A DNA stretch of 64,000 nucleotides from a virus. The position numbers and the translations under genes are program-made. This document shows, one piece after another, positions 30,951-42,100 of this stretch (within the stretch, counting starts at the first letter, position 1; each line of letters begins with the position of its first letter). Location: positions 6,946-70,945 of IMG/VR virus record IMGVR_UViG_3300027708_002199; one strand, given 5' to 3'. The notes beneath the pieces were generated by a model. The model made no database searches and was not told the DNA's origin. It saw nothing but the letters and a program-made list of their open reading frames with translations.

Positions 30951-31790
30951 TTAGAATGGTAAATCACCATCCGGCTCAGACTCAGCCTGTGGGTCAACAT
31001 ATGAACCACCGATAGTACCTTCGTCAGATGAACTATCACCATAAACGTATTTACCTAAATCAGATGACCATCTTGGAGTTTCTCCACGAGCAATTGCTTC
31101 CAAATACTCAACAGGTTTTTTAGAGTAAACATCCGCCCAAGTAAGTGGGTCTTCAGTCCAAGCTTTAGCCGTCTCAGCATCTGTATGAACAGGTGATGGG
31201 TCGTCATGCATAACAGTCTGAATAACTGTATAAGTTGCACCTTTAGGAGTTTTTGCTTTAGCCAACTCAATGATTAAATCACGTCCATTAACAGGGTCAG
31301 TGATATCACCTTTAGCCTTCCAAATTGGAATGATTTTGTCAAGGATACCTTCGTTCTTGTAGTTATGTTTAAAACGCCAGAACTTAACTCCGTCCGCCTC
31401 GTTATCACGGTCAACCACTTTAACGATATAGAATTTACGTGGCTTATATGCCTTTGCAAGTTCTTTATCCGATTCTTTACCTGTCGACATTAATTCATCA
31501 TGAATTTCAGTCAAAGGTGAACGCTCGTTGTCGTTTTTTCCTGGGTCATAGATTTTATTCCATTTACCCTCAACTTGTACTTCGTGGTACCATACTTCTT
31601 TGAAGGGTGATGACCCGTCAGGTGTAGGTAGAATACGAAGACGTTTTTGTCCTGAGTTCTCATTTTGCGTCAAGATTGCCGCAAAATATTTTTTCATTCT
31701 GTCTTCTTGAGACATTTTGTTTGCAGAGTTACCTCCGCTTTTCGCTTTTTCGTACTGAGCGAGTACAGCATCTAAAGAATTTGTCGCCAT
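30951..31790 (-). CDS. Single-stranded DNA-binding protein (T4 gp32-like)
   Basis: LRILP...PF.EVWYH, VVDRDNEADGVKFW.F, GDITDPVNGRDLII, acidic tail DGDLPF. Confidence 0.85.
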   Translation of the reverse strand: MATNSLDAVLAQYEKAKSGGNSANKMSQEDRMKKYFAAILTQNENSGQKRLRILPTPDGSSPFKEVWYHEVQVEGKWNKIYDPGKNDNERSPLTEIHDELMSTGKESDKELAKAYKPRKFYIVKVVDRDNEADGVKFWRFKHNYKNEGILDKIIPIWKAKGDITDPVNGRDLIIELAKAKTPKGATYTVIQTVMHDDPSPVHTDAETAKAWTEDPLTWADVYSKKPVEYLEAIARGETPRWSSDLGKYVYGDSSSDEGTIGGSYVDPQAESEPDGDLPF

Positions 31791-31821
31791 TTTGTTTGTA
31801 TAATTTATTAGTTAATATTCA

Positions 31822-31850
31822 AGTATAAGTGTGTCAGCCGTGATAGTCAA
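31822..31850 (-). promoter_or_regulatory. Sigma70-type promoter for SSB/recA/exonuclease operon
   Basis: minus strand TTGACT-17 nt-TATACT, ~30 nt upstream of ATG. Confidence 0.75.
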
Positions 31851-31859
31851 ACTTGAAAT

Positions 31860-32537
31860 TTAGAATTTCAAAGGTTTGTATTGTGATTCTTCTCCGTAAT
31901 CGTTGAAGGTTGTTTTAATTTCTGAGGGGGTATAACTTTCAACGTCATCAGTAGTTAAAACATACTCATTTTTTCCCGATTTTTCCATGTCTTCTTCTTT
32001 ATCAACGAAGAAATCTGACAATTTTTGATTAAACGGTCCTGAGTCTAAACTTCTTAATTCAAGTTTTTCTTGAGGAGTTTTTTCTCTATATTGTTCAATC
32101 TTTGATTCGATATCATTTAATTTTGTAAAAATACTTCCCATATCATTTAATTTTGATTCTAAATTAGAAAGTTGATTAAATAGATTATTAAAATATTCTT
32201 CTTGTTTTGTTTCAATATTTTTTTGTGATTTTACTAAATCAGTAATTTCTAATTCTTCAGTACCTGTTTCCTCAGAACTTTCGTCCCCAACTTTTTCAAC
32301 ATCAGGGTCATTTGTAATATCAACAGGTTCCGCAGTCGGAGGTGTTGTTGATGCGGTATCCGTACCTGCATCAGGTGCTGGTGGTAAAGCTCCCGCATCA
32401 GGTGATGGAGGAGTTGCTAATGGGTCACCTTCTGCTGGTGCTGCAAATGGGTCAGTTGTGGCATCTTGCTCTGTGATATAATTATTAATTTTATTATATC
32501 TTCTTAACTCTTCAATAATTGTTTGTGAAATTGCCAT
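31860..32537 (-). CDS. Acidic protein with Ala/Pro-rich linker and coiled coil (possible head/core protein)
   Basis: ORF-track 31860..32546; ATG at 32537 right after upstream stop preferred; MAISQTIIEELRRY...ITEQ leader. Confidence 0.6.
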   Translation of the reverse strand: MAISQTIIEELRRYNKINNYITEQDATTDPFAAPAEGDPLATPPSPDAGALPPAPDAGTDTASTTPPTAEPVDITNDPDVEKVGDESSEETGTEELEITDLVKSQKNIETKQEEYFNNLFNQLSNLESKLNDMGSIFTKLNDIESKIEQYREKTPQEKLELRSLDSGPFNQKLSDFFVDKEEDMEKSGKNEYVLTTDDVESYTPSEIKTTFNDYGEESQYKPLKF

Positions 32538-32538
32538 T

Positions 32539-32763
32539 TTATCCATTTAATAATTGTTTGAAACCTTGTGTTGTTTCTACGTTTATTTTTTTATTAGTAT
32601 AAAGAGTATTGTTAACTCTTTCAATTAATCCGTCTTTCATTCTGATTGTGTAACAATCTCCTGTATCTAAATCACATACTTCTTTGAAACCATTACCTTT
32701 ATCTGTTTCAGTAATTCTTGTACTTTTTCCAAGATATCTGTCTAAAATTTCTTTAGTGCCCAT
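32539..32763 (-). CDS. Small hypothetical protein
   Basis: 74 aa, EVCDLDTGDC motif, TATTTAT upstream. Confidence 0.7.
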   Translation of the reverse strand: MGTKEILDRYLGKSTRITETDKGNGFKEVCDLDTGDCYTIRMKDGLIERVNNTLYTNKKINVETTQGFKQLLNG

Positions 32764-32792
32764 AATTGTTTTTTATTATAAATATATCTCTA

Positions 32793-35700
32793 TTATAAAG
32801 AGTTTAATTTTGTCTCAAAATACTTTTTAATAATATTTTGTAACTTTTTTAAGTCATTAGCGTTACTAGTTTTAAAAGTATCATAATCGATATTTGTTGT
32901 GTACGGATAGTATTTTAAATAACATTTCGCAAATTCTTCAGCATATTTTTCAGAATTTACAAAATTAACAACATCTCTTTTAAAGATTGAACCAAACCTA
33001 GCATCTAATAATTTTATACTGTTTTCGAAATTTTCAAAAACAAAATATCCCTGACTAACATTTTTAATTTTTAAACAAATATATTGTTTATCAACAATAA
33101 ATTGTTTATTTGTACCTCCAATAATATCTGTAGTCGCGGGTATATTTCCTAAATTATAATTATAACTTGTTAATCCACTATCATTATTATTACCATTTTC
33201 TAAAAGTATTAAAGTATAAATTAATTTTTTTCTTTCTAAGTCACCAATTAAGTTAGATATTATAATTTTAATTTCAGAATAAGTCGGGGTTTGTGTTGTT
33301 GTGGTAGTAATCGCAAAATCAGAAAGTGTTGCGGAAGTAAGTACACAATTTGAAGTTGACGGATTAGGTTGATTGTTGATATTATCAATAACAATTGCTG
33401 AAATTTCACTTTGTGTTCTATTAGGTAATGGAGTTATTGTATTTTGAGATGTTTTACTTTGAGCTATTATATTTTGTAAAAGTTCTCGTTTAATAGTTTG
33501 TAACAGTTGGTCGACTGTTGGTAACGTAAAGACACTCATTCTTGTTCCAGTAAAACTTGTATCAAAATTACCAACACCTATAGTATGTGAAACACTTGTA
33601 ATTAAATACGTCCCACCAAATAAAGGCATATTTCTTAGAATAAAATACATCATAGGTTGTATCATAACATTACCAAATGTATTAACTGACGCTTCATAAC
33701 TTCTTAATTTAAACAAATTATATAATGAAACGTTTTGAGTCGATGTTTTTACCCCATTTTGTAAATTAGCAATATCATATTCAGCTCTTAAAGATTCACT
33801 TGTTGGTTTACCCAAATCTTGCGAAACAGTAATATTTTTAAAAACACTCTGATTTTGAAGTCCAAAATCAACCGCAAACCCGACTACTTTATTTGATAAT
33901 CCGTAATCATTTTTATCGGTTAATTTGTCAACCAATGGTTGTTGAGCTGCTCGTTTTAAATCAAATCCATCATCATTATATCCGTTTGCAATATCAGGAT
34001 TTGGTAATTGTTTAGATGATTGGTCAACATACATACATACAAATTTTGTTTTTGTTGACTGATAATCAACAGTATTAAAAGTCCCAAATAAAGAATCCGC
34101 AAAACTAGTTGCTCCAGGTGTTTGTGGTTGAGCATCTAAACTTGGACTGTTAACACCGTAAAAATTAATATATCCGGGAATTACGAATGGTTGAAAGTGG
34201 TGGTCTAAAACTATTGATTCGATTATAGAATATAAGTTACTATTAACTGACTTTAAATAATCTTTAACTTTAAAAACATCAACATAAATTTTATCACCTA
34301 TATTTCTGTTAGCCCTATCAACAAATAAAAAATCTTCAAATAAAGTGTCAGAGTTGTAGTTAGTACCTGCCACCCATGTATCATTAACTGATTTAAACTT
34401 TTCATATTTTTCAACTCTTGGTTGTAAACCATCTGTAGGTGCCATTTCAGAACCGTACGCATTTATTTTTGGGGAAACTGATAACCCTTTTGATAACTCA
34501 ATAAAAGTTGAATTGAATAATTTTGATAGTTCACTATTAAAGGTTGTTAGAATTGAATCTATATTTGATTTAAATGTATCACTATTAAAAATTCCATTTT
34601 TATATTGTTGTAATTTTTTAGTTGCAAAAACTTTAATTACATTTTGATAATAAATAATGTTAGTCGTTGTAAACTCAACATTCATTGTTGGAAAAAAATC
34701 AGTTATAAATGAACCATTATCACTATAAACTAATTCAGGTATAGTTGAAAACCCAACATACAATTCTAAAGCTTTCCAAGCTTCGGGATATAACAATTGT
34801 GAATTAGATAATGTTGTAGTCCCTCCTGAAGTTGGTAATGAGTTATTAATGTAACCACCAGGTGGTGTAGTATTTAATAATGGATTTGAGGATACACTAC
34901 TAAAAATTCTTTTGTCATATTTTTTAGGGTTACCAATTGAAATTAATTTATTATAACTAATGTGTGTGTTTAAAACATCAGTAAGGGTATACATTTGAGC
35001 AAATTGTATAGATAACATATCAGTGATTGTTATGTTTTCAGGTAAATAATTTGTACTTAAAATACCTTTTAATACATTGTGAAATTTTTCTTTTTGAGTG
35101 TTTTTTTGAATTGATTTTGTATAATTTAAAAATATGTTTTCCAAACTATCTAACTCATCTTTTGAAAAAATTGAAAATATCTCCTCAATTGAATCGTACT
35201 CATCCTCCGCGAATAATTCAAATGACGATTGTGTATCAGTTCCACCCGTGTATATTTTTTTCAAATATTTGTCAGGAGGATTAATTGTAAATTGTGTGGT
35301 ATCAAAATAACCATAATTAGGCCCTCCCCATAATAATCTAACGCTACCATTATACATACTTGGGTTATCAACTAATGAAGTTCTTGTAAAACCGCTTCCT
35401 GAAGAATAATTTATAATTTCAGCAATTAATTGATTATTTGTTGATGAGGGCATTGTGTCGTATAAACCAAACGACGGTGTAATCACATACTTGTCATTTT
35501 GAATATCTTTAACTAAGACACTAATAGTATTTATTCTAACACTTTTTGTATTACCCGGTGTTGTAATAATATCAGACCCTATCGTTGTTCCTGAACCATC
35601 TAAAATCCAAATATTACCTGATGTAATACCATCATTAATCTTATTTTGAATATTAATTGTAGTATCTGTTGATGAAAATAAATTAACACCATTAACCAAA

Positions 35701-38700
35701 TAATAAAAATCATTTATTAATTTTGGATAAAACCCTAAAGTAAATCCTTGTGAAGAGAGAACATCTTGTTGTAAAACAATCGTGTTATTTTGGATGATAT
35801 ATGGTGTATTTACCTGTCCATTAACAGGGTCATAGTTATTAGCATAATCAAAGTTATTCCAAATATTTGACAAAATATCAACACCATTTTCTTTCCAATT
35901 TTTATATCTATACCATATAGAACCAAGTTTTGCAATCCACGGAAGTGGTAGTGCGTGTACACCTGAATATTTTTTTAATGTTGTTGATATGAAATTATTT
36001 TTAACACTATTTGCCGTGTCATTTAAAGTATATCTTTCTTTTGTTGTTGTTAGAGGTAAACTATTTAAAAATAAATAAGAGGCACTTATATATGGATGGT
36101 CAGAATCATTTCTTTCATTTTCAATACCTTCTTGTATTGCGTTAATAAAATATGGTGTGTTAAGGATTGAAGTTGTTTGAGATTGTGTAAATTGTGAGTT
36201 AGTACAAGTTACTTTACCCTCAGTAAAAACATAATCTTTAACTTTTCTATTTGTGTAAAATGTATTTAAATTTAATGTTTCAGTATCAATTATATTACTT
36301 TTAATTTTTAAATTAACAATAGGTTGATTAGGTAATTTACTATTATATCCTGATATACCGATAGCATCATTTATATCATAATTTGATATTTTTTTACTAA
36401 AATCATTATAAAATAATGAAGATTTTGTACTATATATAATATCTTTTGTTAAAATTGAGCCATTTTCTAAATTATTTTTACACCAATTTAAATTAATAAA
36501 TGGATATATATCTAAAGAATTATTAGTATATGCATTATTTTTTATAGTATCCTCAACTAATTTTATAGTTTTTTTTAAAACTAAAACACTTTGTTCTGGT
36601 AAATCTTTATCTAAAATTTTAAAAGAATTATTAACTTCGTTAATTAAATATGGTACAGTAAGAAATCCATTTGAATATTTTGCATAACTAACAGAAAAAG
36701 AAGATAATAATTCGTTAAATGATGTTACAGTTCTGTATTTTCCATTTTTAAGAATATTAGTAATTCCACCATTATCATTTTTTAAAGCTTCTTTCATATT
36801 TTCAAACTCAGTTTGGCTTAAAAAAGGGAGAATAGTGTTAAATCCTAAATCACCTGAAAATCCATTAAGATTTACAATTAATTGTAATCTCTCCATAATT
36901 TCAAAGAAAAAATCAGGTACTGATAAATTACTATACGAGATATTTGATGGTATGGTATCAAATCCTGAAATTAAATTTCTTAAAATGACATTTGTATTTT
37001 GTTGTGATTGAGTGGTATTAGGAGGGATTTGTCTCAAAATAAAACTTTTAGTATATTCCTCAACAAATTCTACTTCAGGCCATGCCTCATAATCATCTCC
37101 ACCAGTTTGATTTATATAATTTGGGTCACCAGGATATTGTATTTCAAATTTTTCAACACCATCAATTATTTTACCAACAACATATTGAGGCCAAGGGTAA
37201 ACGATAGGATTAATTTGATTTTCTTTTTTGTCAAAACCACCAATACTTTGTTGTCTTTTTGGATTTTCTCTTTGGTTAAATGCCTTAGTATGAACATCTT
37301 CTAGTAGTAATAAATACGCTTCTGCGGATGCCATGAGAACTCCAATAATATTTCTAATAGTAGGTTGAAATCCAATACCTGAAGGCGATTTTAATATTTC
37401 CGACAGTTGGTCTGAAAGACTAATTTCTAATTCTTCTTTATAAGAATTTAATTTTGTTTTAATTTTTTGAATGTAATTGGTAAATCCGTTTTTACCCTGA
37501 TTAGTAAATATAAAAGGATTACTTTTATTCTTAAATACGAGTTCTTGAATTTCAACACCTAAATCATCTATTTGTTGTTGTGTTACAGTAGCATTTCCGT
37601 ATCTTTTTAATCTTGTTTTTTCATAGTCAAAATAAGACTCAGATATAGTTGGTCTTAAAGAGTTCAAAATATCATCACTTTTAAGTGGAATACTATATAA
37701 ACCACCCGAATCCCCAAATGTTACATTCTTGTTAAGAATTGTAATTTTACTTTCAATTTTTGATTTTAAATCCGTATATGCTTCATTTAAACTATCGTCT
37801 AAAAGGTATGTATATACGTTAATATTTCCAGTACCTTCTTTTATAACAAATAACTTTTCTAAATTGAGCCATTTGTTAAACCAAGACTCGTTGTATAAAA
37901 CTATCTCAGAATTTAATTCATCTAATGTTTTTAAATATTTTTCATAATCAGTTAATGGGTTTAGTGAAACTTGACCTAAATTTTCTAAACTAGTGTTAAT
38001 AAAAGTATCTAATTTTTCAATTAATGATTGTACTGTTAATTCAGGAAAATCTTGAGGTAATAAACCTTTTGATTTATATTTTTTATAAACTTCAATAATT
38101 TTATCATTACCTAAAAATGTTGTCGACGTTGAAAAGTTTTGTGTAACATTATTATCAACAACAACACCATTATTAGAGTTGTCAATTTTAGTTGTTTGAT
38201 ACATTTGAGGGACCGCATATAAATCAGTCATAAACAAATCTTTTAAAACTGAAAATGTAAACGATTTAAAAGTTAATGTTATTTCAAAATTTCCTGTCGA
38301 TGAATTGAATGCCCCATGAAATTTAGTTAGTAATAATTGATATCTAATTGCTTTACCATACCATCCTTTTAATGTTAAATAAAAAACAGGATACGGTAAG
38401 TTAAAAAACGCAGAATATATTGAGTCGTTCCCACTTTCAAACAAGGCTCTCCCTCTTACGTCCTCTAAATTTACTGTGAATTCAGCAGTATATGGTTGAG
38501 TTACTTTATAACTAATTTGAGTAATACCTAATAACTCACCATTTATTTCATCAGCTTTTCTGGATTGTGATTGTAATTCAGTCCATTTAGTACTTAAATA
38601 ATCTTCACCAGTAGGTTTTAAAAAATTGATTTTACCAAGACCTAATGTTCTAAGTTGCTTATCTCCACTACCAACAATTAATTTACTTCTAGCCTGTAAG

Positions 38701-38843
38701 TTACATTCTAAATTAGCATACATTACTAATTCTTCTTGAGCAATGTTTCTATCACTTACCTGTCCATTAGGTAAATCAACTTTATTAGGGTCAACTACAA
38801 AAATATTTTGATAGTCGTTTTCAATATGTATATTATCTGCCAT
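32793..38843 (-). CDS. Large baseplate hub-like protein (gp27/gpD-like) with possible C-terminal muralytic domain
   Basis: 2016 aa; LGITQISY...VNLEDVRG N-terminal and FGNVMIQP...GTYLITSVSHTI...FDTSFTGTR hub-like segments; follows LysM gene as in contractile tail operons. Confidence 0.6.
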   Translation of the reverse strand: MADNIHIENDYQNIFVVDPNKVDLPNGQVSDRNIAQEELVMYANLECNLQARSKLIVGSGDKQLRTLGLGKINFLKPTGEDYLSTKWTELQSQSRKADEINGELLGITQISYKVTQPYTAEFTVNLEDVRGRALFESGNDSIYSAFFNLPYPVFYLTLKGWYGKAIRYQLLLTKFHGAFNSSTGNFEITLTFKSFTFSVLKDLFMTDLYAVPQMYQTTKIDNSNNGVVVDNNVTQNFSTSTTFLGNDKIIEVYKKYKSKGLLPQDFPELTVQSLIEKLDTFINTSLENLGQVSLNPLTDYEKYLKTLDELNSEIVLYNESWFNKWLNLEKLFVIKEGTGNINVYTYLLDDSLNEAYTDLKSKIESKITILNKNVTFGDSGGLYSIPLKSDDILNSLRPTISESYFDYEKTRLKRYGNATVTQQQIDDLGVEIQELVFKNKSNPFIFTNQGKNGFTNYIQKIKTKLNSYKEELEISLSDQLSEILKSPSGIGFQPTIRNIIGVLMASAEAYLLLLEDVHTKAFNQRENPKRQQSIGGFDKKENQINPIVYPWPQYVVGKIIDGVEKFEIQYPGDPNYINQTGGDDYEAWPEVEFVEEYTKSFILRQIPPNTTQSQQNTNVILRNLISGFDTIPSNISYSNLSVPDFFFEIMERLQLIVNLNGFSGDLGFNTILPFLSQTEFENMKEALKNDNGGITNILKNGKYRTVTSFNELLSSFSVSYAKYSNGFLTVPYLINEVNNSFKILDKDLPEQSVLVLKKTIKLVEDTIKNNAYTNNSLDIYPFINLNWCKNNLENGSILTKDIIYSTKSSLFYNDFSKKISNYDINDAIGISGYNSKLPNQPIVNLKIKSNIIDTETLNLNTFYTNRKVKDYVFTEGKVTCTNSQFTQSQTTSILNTPYFINAIQEGIENERNDSDHPYISASYLFLNSLPLTTTKERYTLNDTANSVKNNFISTTLKKYSGVHALPLPWIAKLGSIWYRYKNWKENGVDILSNIWNNFDYANNYDPVNGQVNTPYIIQNNTIVLQQDVLSSQGFTLGFYPKLINDFYYLVNGVNLFSSTDTTINIQNKINDGITSGNIWILDGSGTTIGSDIITTPGNTKSVRINTISVLVKDIQNDKYVITPSFGLYDTMPSSTNNQLIAEIINYSSGSGFTRTSLVDNPSMYNGSVRLLWGGPNYGYFDTTQFTINPPDKYLKKIYTGGTDTQSSFELFAEDEYDSIEEIFSIFSKDELDSLENIFLNYTKSIQKNTQKEKFHNVLKGILSTNYLPENITITDMLSIQFAQMYTLTDVLNTHISYNKLISIGNPKKYDKRIFSSVSSNPLLNTTPPGGYINNSLPTSGGTTTLSNSQLLYPEAWKALELYVGFSTIPELVYSDNGSFITDFFPTMNVEFTTTNIIYYQNVIKVFATKKLQQYKNGIFNSDTFKSNIDSILTTFNSELSKLFNSTFIELSKGLSVSPKINAYGSEMAPTDGLQPRVEKYEKFKSVNDTWVAGTNYNSDTLFEDFLFVDRANRNIGDKIYVDVFKVKDYLKSVNSNLYSIIESIVLDHHFQPFVIPGYINFYGVNSPSLDAQPQTPGATSFADSLFGTFNTVDYQSTKTKFVCMYVDQSSKQLPNPDIANGYNDDGFDLKRAAQQPLVDKLTDKNDYGLSNKVVGFAVDFGLQNQSVFKNITVSQDLGKPTSESLRAEYDIANLQNGVKTSTQNVSLYNLFKLRSYEASVNTFGNVMIQPMMYFILRNMPLFGGTYLITSVSHTIGVGNFDTSFTGTRMSVFTLPTVDQLLQTIKRELLQNIIAQSKTSQNTITPLPNRTQSEISAIVIDNINNQPNPSTSNCVLTSATLSDFAITTTTTQTPTYSEIKIIISNLIGDLERKKLIYTLILLENGNNNDSGLTSYNYNLGNIPATTDIIGGTNKQFIVDKQYICLKIKNVSQGYFVFENFENSIKLLDARFGSIFKRDVVNFVNSEKYAEEFAKCYLKYYPYTTNIDYDTFKTSNANDLKKLQNIIKKYFETKLNSL

Positions 38844-39156
38844 AATAGAAGAACTGTTGCTCTAATGCACCTTTATAATCTAATAAGGAATTAATCAAAG
38901 GGAATGGTATTGTTAAAATGGCGTTATCAGGAATATTAATTTCTGAACCACCATATTTACCATTTGCTTGTAATATTAACCAACCAAAAAAAGGTGTCCC
39001 ATAATATAATTGAGATATTTTATCTAACCTTGATTGTCCGATAATATATATGTGTTTTTTATCTGTAGATTTGGATTGCAGATTAACATATGGTACAACT
39101 GTTTGTTGACCATTAAATATAAATCCTTCGTATCTATTATAATATTCTAATGCCAT
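38833..39156 (-). CDS. LysM-like baseplate protein (T4 gp53 / P2 gpX-like)
   Basis: RLDKISQLYYGTPFFGWLILQAN...IPDNAILTIP. Confidence 0.8.
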   Translation of the reverse strand: MALEYYNRYEGFIFNGQQTVVPYVNLQSKSTDKKHIYIIGQSRLDKISQLYYGTPFFGWLILQANGKYGGSEINIPDNAILTIPFPLINSLLDYKGALEQQFFYYGR

Positions 39157-42100
39157 TAATTAAATTGTTTTTTACCGTTGAAAATTAGATTAAAATTATT
39201 TGAATTTACAGGTGAAAATAAACTTCTTAAATTAGTTAATTGTGTGTCAGTAACTCCTGATGTATTATAATTATAAATTCTATCCTTCCCTTTTATAGAC
39301 ACTCCGTTAATTTGTGGGTTATAATTTAAATATTGGTTTACCTCAGGACTACTTTTAAATTCGTTAAAATTTTTGAGAATTTGTGTATTCCAATTATCAA
39401 ATGCGGTGGTTAAATTATCCGTTTTTTGGGTAACTATACTTATTACGGAACCAGAACTACTCGGGATTAAATTTGTTGTCAATCCGCTAATAAATTGTTG
39501 TCGTTTTGTATTATCTTTTAAATCATCATAAAATAATGTAAATAAAAGATTGTCTGAATTTGGATTAAGTGGACTACTTCCATCAACAAATAAACTAACA
39601 AACTCACAATACGGCGCTCCAGTACTTGGTAAAAATTGTTTTGTTGATAGTAAATTATAAAAATTTGTAATACCTGAACAAACTAAAGAATAATCATTAC
39701 TAAATGTACTATCAATTGATATTAAATATCCTTTAGGTACCCCATTTGCCAATATTTTACCATCTAACTGACCTCCAACTATTGAATTTAATTTTTCAAT
39801 ATTTTGTATATATTGTGATTGTTTATTTGCAAAATCTTGAGAGTCTGAATTAACATTACTAAACGCATTATTAATTTTAGAGTCGATTAAATTTTTATAA
39901 TTATCTTTTACTCTATTAACAGCAAGATTTGTAATACCATTTTCATCATTTAATGCCTTTATAATTGTTTCAGTTTCATCATCAATGTCAGATTTTAATT
40001 GATTGGCAACTTCAGTTAAATTTTCACTAATTCTACTTGGTTTGCCATAGATATTAGTTTGTTGCGTTAATCCTGAAAGTTTAACGGTTCCATTTTTAAA
40101 ATTTCTATCAAATGTCATTTGAGAATAAATTCCAAAATTGTAATTCTTAATTGAACTACCAATAAAATCTAAAGTTGTTGAAAAATAATTTTGTGTTTGA
40201 GTAATATAATTATCAAAAAAACTTTTATACTGAATTGTACCTGTTTGTGTTAGACCTGAAGCAACTGTTGTTAAAATATCACCAATTGTTTTATTTGTCT
40301 CAGGAATATTTTGTAAATCATTAATTGTTGCTAACGGTTCTGCTAAAACAATAGAATTGAACAGAGCATCATCTAATTTATCAGTAAGTTCAGTTACGTC
40401 AGCTCTTTCATCATACATTTCGGTATTTGCGTAGAAATTAAATGATAAGGCATTTTGTAATCTATCAATAGGCCCTTTTAATCCACTACCACCAATAAGT
40501 TTAACACCTAAAGTTACCTTTGCAATCATTGGTTGTAATCCAATACCTTCAGGATTAATATCTAAGTTTTCATATGAAATTTGTAACGTGTCGGGAATTG
40601 CCTTTGTATTATAAAAATCACCAATTCTAAGTACTAATACTGGTGGTGTACCAAAATTAGTATTAAATGTTGATGTTGAAGTATCTTGTTGACCTTGTTG
40701 ATTAATAACAGGTATTGTGTTACCAGGTCTCGTACACTGTTGTAAGAAAGTTAATCGACTATTTAATCCTTCAGGAGTAATAGCGTGAAATGCCGGTTGG
40801 AAGTATTTTAATTTATCCGAAATTGATGTATACGCAAATGGGTCAGTTTGTTTTAAAACTTCAAAATAATCACATTCATTTAAAAGTTTTGTTCTTAATA
40901 ATCTTTTACTTAAATTCTTTTTATCAAGAGCGGTACTGCTCGGTATTGGTAAACCGTTATTAGCATTTTGATTCGCAATATTCTGAGAATTAGTAGATGA
41001 CCCAGCGTTTACATTCGACGGATTTTTAGAATTAACAGTAATATTTTTAATACTTACGTACCTCGAACACATCGCTTCTAAACTATAGTTTTGAGTCCAT
41101 CCAGTTAATACAATCGAACAATTTATTGCTGTTGATACACCATTACCTTTAACTTCAGCGGTCGTTAAAAGTAAATTTGAATCAATAAATTTAACAGTCC
41201 CATCTAAAATAAACGACGATAACTTTTTATTGTTACTGTCTGTAAAATTTGAAAAAAACAATTTTATAGATTCAATGTAATCTTTATTTCGATTAATACT
41301 ATTTGTTGAGTCTGCCGGTTGGAAACGAAGACCATTCATTTCTATTACTATTTCACAATTTTGTGATGTAACCGCTTCTAAAATTTTACTTCTTAACTCA
41401 ACTAATTTTTCATAATTGTAAGTTATTACAGGAAATTGATTAGAAACTCTGTTTTTATCAGGATTTGATTCATAGACCGATTGTTGACTAATATAACCAT
41501 TATAAACAGTTTCATAATCAGTAGTTTTAATCGTAGAATCCCACTGTGGAAAATATCCACCAAACCCCTGAAAATCCGAAAAATTAGGTAAATTGTTTGC
41601 GATTGAATTAATCCCACTTAAATCTTGACTAACAGATGCCAACTGTTCAGCCGAAGTTTTATTACTTGAAAGAACACTTTCTTGTAATTCTTTTAATGTC
41701 TGTATATCTAAAGTCGCAAACTTTCTAGCCAATTCATATAAATCAAATTTTGCAGCACCAGCAAAAAACGACTCTATTACTGAATCTTTTTTATCTGTTA
41801 AATCATTTTGTAATTCTTTTTTAGCAATTAAATTTAAAACTGAAGGGTGGTCAACAATAATTGAAAATGATATCGAACCACTTCTACTTGTATCTTTATA
41901 CGTATAAATTGGTTCGGGTCGGCCTAAAAATGAGGTTGTATCAAAACCAGGTGAAACAGTTTCACTAAATGTTAAATCATAAGGTGGAAACCACATTATT
42001 CTTCCACCATTAGGACCTTTCTCACATCCAGGTAAATCATTAAACAAAGCACTTCCTTTCCACGCCAAATTCTCAATTGAGAACATGTATTTCTTAACTT

